Source: Nitrospira sp. CG24D
GTDB lineage: Bacteria; Nitrospirota; Nitrospiria; Nitrospirales; Nitrospiraceae
Length of the DNA stretch: 64,000 nucleotides
Reading direction: 5' to 3'
NCBI GenBank assembly: GCA_002869855.2
Contig: NEWQ02000006.1
Span: forward strand, 67,045 to 131,044
Both the position numbers and the translations under genes were made by a program. Positions 59,567-64,000 of this stretch are shown piece by piece; position 1 is the stretch's first letter; each line of letters begins with the position of its first letter. The notes under the pieces are model-generated. The model saw only the letters and a list, made by a program, of their open reading frames with translations, was not told where the DNA came from and ran no database searches.

Positions 59567-60625
59567 TTACGATGCCACGGCTCCGCCGCACGAGGAGCCG
59601 GATCCGGCCGTGCAGCCATAGCAATGGTTGCGGGTGACGATCCGTCGTTGATTGAGGAGCGCCGGATCAAAGTCGCGAATGTGGCCCGGCGCCCCGTGAT
59701 CCACCGGCAGTTCCAGCATCTGGTTGAAATCGCAGTCGTAGAGTTTCCCGTCCCAACTAACGGACAGCGTATACCGGCACATCACTCCAGCCGCCGCCGC
59801 CGGATTGAAGGCATTGGTCAGTCGCTCCATGTAGCCTTCATAGTTCCCGCTATCCACCAGAAACTCCAGAAATCGGCTCACCGGCATGTTCGTGATGGTG
59901 TAGAGGTGATTGAACTCCACGCCATGTCTGGTGCGGAGTTCCTTTCTGAATTGGGCTTCGATCGCATCCTGCTTCGGCGGGAGAAAGGCGCCCACCGGGT
60001 TATGCACGAGATTGAGCAGCAGCCCGCTTCCTTCTCGTCCATACCCGAGCTGGTTCAAGAGCCGAAGCGCGTCAATGGATTTGTCGAAGATGCCTTCACC
60101 GCGTTGCGCGTCGGTCTGACTGGCCCGGTAGTAGGGCAGCGAGGCGACCACTTCCACGCGGTGCGCTGCGAGAAACTCTGCGAGGTCGGACTGCGATGGA
60201 ATCTGCAGGATCGACAAATTGCAGCGATCCATGACATGGCGGCCGAGCGCACGAGCTTGCTCCACCAGCCACCGGAAATTCGGATTCAGTTCCGGCGCCC
60301 CACCGGTGATGTCGACCGTGGGAATGTCGGTCTGAGCCAACGCGGCGATGCAGAGTTCAGCCGTCTCTCGCGACATGCTCTCGGTACGATCGGGCCCGGC
60401 ATCCACGTGACAATGACGGCAGGTCTGGTTGCAGAGTTTGCCGACGTTGATTTGGAAGACGGTGATCCCGGAGGCCTGAAGTGAGGGCAACCCGGCCTGT
60501 GTGAGACGGGTTGCAAACGGAGTGATGTTGGCCGTCTCGTCGAGAATGCGAAGTTGTTCTGTCGAAGAGGCGAGGGGATTGTGACGGCCTAAAAGAGTAA
60601 GTGCCATCGGTGTCTTCAGCAGCAC
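59567..60625 (-). CDS. arsS: Radical SAM/Cys-rich protein of the ArsS (arsenosugar biosynthesis) type
   Basis: CNQTCRHC (CxxxCxxC), a C-terminal Cys-rich tail (CYGCTAGSGSSCGG), and a position directly downstream of an ArsM-like gene. Confidence 0.7.
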   Translation of the reverse strand: MLLKTPMALTLLGRHNPLASSTEQLRILDETANITPFATRLTQAGLPSLQASGITVFQINVGKLCNQTCRHCHVDAGPDRTESMSRETAELCIAALAQTDIPTVDITGGAPELNPNFRWLVEQARALGRHVMDRCNLSILQIPSQSDLAEFLAAHRVEVVASLPYYRASQTDAQRGEGIFDKSIDALRLLNQLGYGREGSGLLLNLVHNPVGAFLPPKQDAIEAQFRKELRTRHGVEFNHLYTITNMPVSRFLEFLVDSGNYEGYMERLTNAFNPAAAAGVMCRYTLSVSWDGKLYDCDFNQMLELPVDHGAPGHIRDFDPALLNQRRIVTRNHCYGCTAGSGSSCGGAVAS

Positions 60626-61803
60626 CCGCCCGTCGGCGCGCAGTTCACTGCGTTGCCATCAACAGGCTGGCTGGCGCGATTGAGTATGGCAAAGTGCGGC
60701 GCATAGCCTTCCGCTTCAAGGACTTTGAGAGTTTTTGAACAGATTTCAAGGGGCTCGCCGCGCCGGTACCGGTGCTGATCGTCGTCACAGGCTTCCAGGA
60801 ACGGGCCGGCCAAGAGGGCGTAGTCCCCTTTCCAGGTACAGGGAACCTGTTCAGGAAGCACGGCTGTCCATCGCGGATCTTCACGGTTGAGCCACTGGGG
60901 AGCCTCGGAGAACATGAACAGCGTTGCGAAGGGCGGCCGGCTCAGCAGTAGCGCCAGTTCCGGGGTGAGCGGCTGCGGAATTCCACGCATGTAGGTCGTG
61001 CCTCGTTCATCGACTACGCGGCTGAAGGGGCCACGAAGGGTGGCGTAGCGCGCCGGGCGTGTCGCTGCTTCAGCGGGAAGCTTGTAGCCGGTCAATGTGA
61101 CAGAGAAGAAATGAATGCCGTCGATCCGTTGCCAGGGGGACGACTTGATCAGATGCAGGCCGACAAACCCGGCTTCGGTCATCCCGGCCATGTACTCAGT
61201 CAGTGTCAGGGCGCCGGATAAACAGTCGCCCCATTTCTCCGCATCATGCACCAGGTATTGCGGCACGGGCTGGTCTGCGACGATGTCGGAAATCGTGAAC
61301 CGTCCGCCCGGTTTGGCGACGCGGAACATCTCGCGAAAGACTTTCAGTTTGTCGGGAGCCAAATTGATCACGCAGTTCGAAATAATCAGGTCGATGGTGT
61401 TGTCGGCAACCGGCATGGCATCGGCCATCCCCTTGCGGAACTCGACATTGGACGCGGGATAGCCGAGGTTGGTGGCGACCACGACCGCATTTTTGCGGGC
61501 GATCTCCAGCATCGTGTCGGTCATGTCGATGCCGATAACCTGTCCGGTGGGACCGACGAGACGCGAAGCTTCGAAACAGTCGATGCCGCCGCCCGATCCG
61601 ATGTCCAAGACCGTCTCTCCGGCACTCACCGTATTCAGCCCTGCAGGAGTTCCGCAACCATACGAAATCTTGAGGACTTCTTCCGGGATGAAAGATTTGA
61701 GGTTCGCCATGTCATAACTGGTCGGGCAGCACATCTGCTCGCCCGAGCTGGCGGCTTTGGCGTAACGGTCGCTGACTTTTTTCTCGATTTCATCTATCGG
61801 CAT
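60616..61803 (-). CDS. arsM: Arsenite S-adenosylmethionine methyltransferase-like protein
   Basis: ATG at 61803 follows GAGGA. It has the class I MTase motif VLDIGSGGGID, conserved Cys pairs (MCCPTSY, YGCGTP) and a C-terminal GGCC. Confidence 0.7.
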   Translation of the reverse strand: MPIDEIEKKVSDRYAKAASSGEQMCCPTSYDMANLKSFIPEEVLKISYGCGTPAGLNTVSAGETVLDIGSGGGIDCFEASRLVGPTGQVIGIDMTDTMLEIARKNAVVVATNLGYPASNVEFRKGMADAMPVADNTIDLIISNCVINLAPDKLKVFREMFRVAKPGGRFTISDIVADQPVPQYLVHDAEKWGDCLSGALTLTEYMAGMTEAGFVGLHLIKSSPWQRIDGIHFFSVTLTGYKLPAEAATRPARYATLRGPFSRVVDERGTTYMRGIPQPLTPELALLLSRPPFATLFMFSEAPQWLNREDPRWTAVLPEQVPCTWKGDYALLAGPFLEACDDDQHRYRRGEPLEICSKTLKVLEAEGYAPHFAILNRASQPVDGNAVNCAPTGGCC

Positions 61804-61912
61804 GGTGTCCTCGTGATGGTCTGACAAGGCCTGAAACTGGCTCGCTGTATGTATCAACTCTGCGCCCGTCCGGTCAATCGGGATCTTACTCGATCGACTT
61901 GGGAGGGGATGA

Positions 61913-62189
61913 GTGACTAGCAGCATCGGATGGATGTCGAATCTCAGGCCGAAACCTTACAGCAGGCCTGAGAGGATGAACGTGGAAACGACACTCTATA
62001 ATCATCGGATCCAGCCGCGAAATGGTCAGTGCCATCCTCGGCCAGTTCCGTGACGAAGGGCTTGTCCGCATGGACGGCCGGACGATGACGATTGTGAATC
62101 AGGAAGGGCTAAGGAGCTCATTGGATGAACGATCCTATGGCAAGATCAGGGGTAGAGTCAGTGTATTGAAGACTGAAAAGTCATTGTAA
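61913..62189 (+). pseudogene. Remnant of a Crp/Fnr-family regulator (C-terminal HTH only, frameshifted)
   Basis: ...NVETTLYNHRI in one frame continues after a 1-nt shift near 62000-62006 as IGSSREMVSAILGQFRDEGLVRMDGRTMTIVNQEGL, a typical Crp-type HTH. There is no cNMP-binding domain and no start codon. Confidence 0.4.
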
Positions 62190-62396
62190 CGGGGGGCTAA
62201 CAATCTTGTTGTTACGCTGATATCTTATGTTGTTAGTCTCGTTATCCTCACCCCCTCAGTGCTAGGCTGGACAGGCCATTTAATGGATTGACTCTTACGC
62301 AATTAACCATGCCTTCCTTCTTTCAAAAATGCGGAGATAAGCGTATTCTTCGCTGCATCTAGCAGGTCCAGCCGCTTGTTTGGTAAGAGTTAAATT

Positions 62397-63464
62397 ATGG
62401 CCAAGAGCGATCTTATTCTTTCACTTGTTCGAGCGGGGGCCGCAGGCGATAAGTTCATGCTTCGGTCAACAGTTGAGGCGCTGATGGCAGATGAGCGCGC
62501 GAAAAGCCATCATAGCTTAGCTGATCGCCTTCAAAAGGCACTTCAAACCGTTTCAGTCACACCGCCAGTTTCCTCGAACACGCTACAAGCCCATAGCAAC
62601 GGACGCGATGCAATACTCGAGATAACCCCTCGGGTTAGACTTGAAGATTTGGTGTTAACACTTCCTGCACGTGCTGAGGCCAAGCAGATTGTTGAAGAAC
62701 ATATGCGGGCGGACGTATTACGAGCCCATGGGTATGAGCCTCGGCACAAAGTGTTGCTATCTGGGCCTCCTGGGAACGGGAAAACATCATATGCAGAAGC
62801 TATTGCCGAGGCACTTGCTCTTCCTTTTTTCGTCGTTCGATATGATGCACTTGTTGGAAGTTATCTCGGCGAAACAAACGCGCGTTTGCGCAAGCTGTTC
62901 GATTACGTGCGGACTCAATCCTGTGTTTTATTTTTTGATGAATTTGACTCAATCGGTAAGGAACGCGGGGACACTCACGAGACTGGCGAGATTAAGCGAG
63001 TCGTTTCTTTTCTTCTAATGCAAATCGATCAGTTGCCTAGCTATGTACTGACAATAGCGGCCACAAACCATGCAGAGCTTTTAGATCGCGCAGTGTGGCG
63101 ACGCTTTCAATTGAGGCTCGCCTTTCCAGCTCCAGACAAGAATGAAATTGCCGCCTTCCTTCACAAAATCATCGACGCTTGGCCTATCAAACCAAGAATT
63201 TCGACAAACGCTCTAGCAACGCGGCTAGGGGCATTATCCTATGCCGAAGTACGTGATTTTTGCCTGAACGTTCGTCGTCGCCAAATTCTTGGACTCGGTG
63301 AAGTCGATATTGACTCTGCTATCAGCACAGAACTTGATTTATGGGTTACTCGTGTGAAACCAGAGGTAACCAATGCCCGATCCCGACAAACCACTTCTTC
63401 GGCTAAGTATCAGCAATCTTCAACAGCGAGCTCCCGGCCATCAAAGAAATCCTTCAAGGCCTGA
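62397..63464 (+). CDS. Classic-clade AAA+ ATPase with an N-terminal helical domain
   Basis: Walker A GPPGNGKT, Walker B VLFFDEFD, sensor-1 IAATN, and the Arg region AVWRRF. It sits in an AT-richer context. Confidence 0.85.
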   Translation: MAKSDLILSLVRAGAAGDKFMLRSTVEALMADERAKSHHSLADRLQKALQTVSVTPPVSSNTLQAHSNGRDAILEITPRVRLEDLVLTLPARAEAKQIVEEHMRADVLRAHGYEPRHKVLLSGPPGNGKTSYAEAIAEALALPFFVVRYDALVGSYLGETNARLRKLFDYVRTQSCVLFFDEFDSIGKERGDTHETGEIKRVVSFLLMQIDQLPSYVLTIAATNHAELLDRAVWRRFQLRLAFPAPDKNEIAAFLHKIIDAWPIKPRISTNALATRLGALSYAEVRDFCLNVRRRQILGLGEVDIDSAISTELDLWVTRVKPEVTNARSRQTTSSAKYQQSSTASSRPSKKSFKA

Positions 63465-64000
63465 ACGTTTTACCGTAGATCACCAACAGTCTCTCCTGGG
63501 TCCAAAGTTTGCGCGTTTAAGTTCCGTCTTAGCACGAGATAGAGACGGCCTTGAACTTAGGAGTGATCCGAGCGCGTTAGCTCCTGAGCGTCTGCTCGTG
63601 TTCGAAGTTAGGGGCTCAATTCAACAATTCATTGCCGCAATCAAACGAATCCAAGGCCTAGAGCTTATAGACGAGGAGGAACTGGAAGGCGATGAGCAAG
63701 ACAAGAAGCCCGTCGTGTACCTTTTAGTTCCCAACGCTCAGGCGCTGGGTAACATATCTGCTCTTTGGAGCCGTTGGACGCATAGCCAGCCATTGGGATC
63801 TGGATTTGCACCCTGGAGAGATGTTTTCTCCACACTGAGAGACATTCGACCATGGGGGCCGCAGGACCGCGTGATCGCCGAGGAGCGCGCAATCATCGCC
63901 GAAGAAATCGCTGGCAAACCAGACCACGAACGAATTCGCATTGAGATTGAGCTCGTGTTTCGAGCTAATGCAGCACGAGGAACGGCGGTAGAGGCAGAGC
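63373..64000 (+). CDS. 5' part of a partner ORF overlapping the AAA+ gene by 92 nt (runs off the right edge)
   Basis: ATG at 63373 is the first start after an in-frame TAA and follows GAGG. The frame stays open for 209 codons to the window end (MPDPDKPLLRLSISNLQQRAPGH...LLVFEVRGSIQQFIAAIKRIQGLELIDEEE...). It is absent from the ORF track because no stop lies in the window. Confidence 0.6.
   Translation, partial: MPDPDKPLLRLSISNLQQRAPGHQRNPSRPERFTVDHQQSLLGPKFARLSSVLARDRDGLELRSDPSALAPERLLVFEVRGSIQQFIAAIKRIQGLELIDEEELEGDEQDKKPVVYLLVPNAQALGNISALWSRWTHSQPLGSGFAPWRDVFSTLRDIRPWGPQDRVIAEERAIIAEEIAGKPDHERIRIEIELVFRANAARGTAVEAE

Noticed and set aside
1-64000. I scanned for CRISPR arrays, rRNA genes and intact IS elements.
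   Set aside because: I saw no regularly spaced short direct repeats, no rRNA-like conserved blocks, and no transposase or integrase-length ORFs with the relevant motifs.

Overview
This is a 64-kb bacterial chromosomal segment, moderately GC-rich by eye (I did not compute it) and densely coding on both strands. Most of it is ordinary housekeeping DNA. The gene mix is reminiscent of Nitrospirota-type genomes, but I cannot verify taxonomy without a search.

Housekeeping content:
- Polyamine genes: a deoxyhypusine-synthase-like gene, pdaD and speB.
- purEK, dinB, nadB and pabBC.
- An F0-only ATP synthase operon (atpZ-B-E-F).
- An M16 peptidase pair, rlmN and slt.
- The run zapB-like/zapA, rny, ymdB, xseAB, tlyA.
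- fhs, hflKC and an arsM-arsS pair.

I saw no rRNA, no intact tRNA, no CRISPR array and no intact transposase or integrase.

Two visibly AT-richer accessory patches sit at the window edges:
- Left (1-4223): two 202-nt non-coding repeats, each followed by a tRNA-3'-end-like minihelix. They bracket a decayed vapBC module, an RHH gene, a zinc-ribbon gene and a membrane acyltransferase.
- Right (about 61.9-64 kb): a frameshifted, truncated Crp/Fnr remnant, then an AAA+ ATPase whose 3' end overlaps an ORF that runs off the window. This is a two-gene defence-like module, possibly IetAS-like.

Other points worth a second look:
- An HlyD/TolC/ABC operon whose ABC protein has lost essentially all catalytic ATPase motifs.
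- A hybrid histidine kinase lacking both the phospho-acceptor His and the receiver Asp.
- An orphan DUF692 (MNIO)-type enzyme with a fused C-terminal domain.
- A 31-codon bS22-like micro-gene that the ORF track misses.
- A 500-nt ORF-free zapA-rny spacer with nested long-range complementarity.

All functional calls rest on motif recognition by eye, and start codons are often uncertain.
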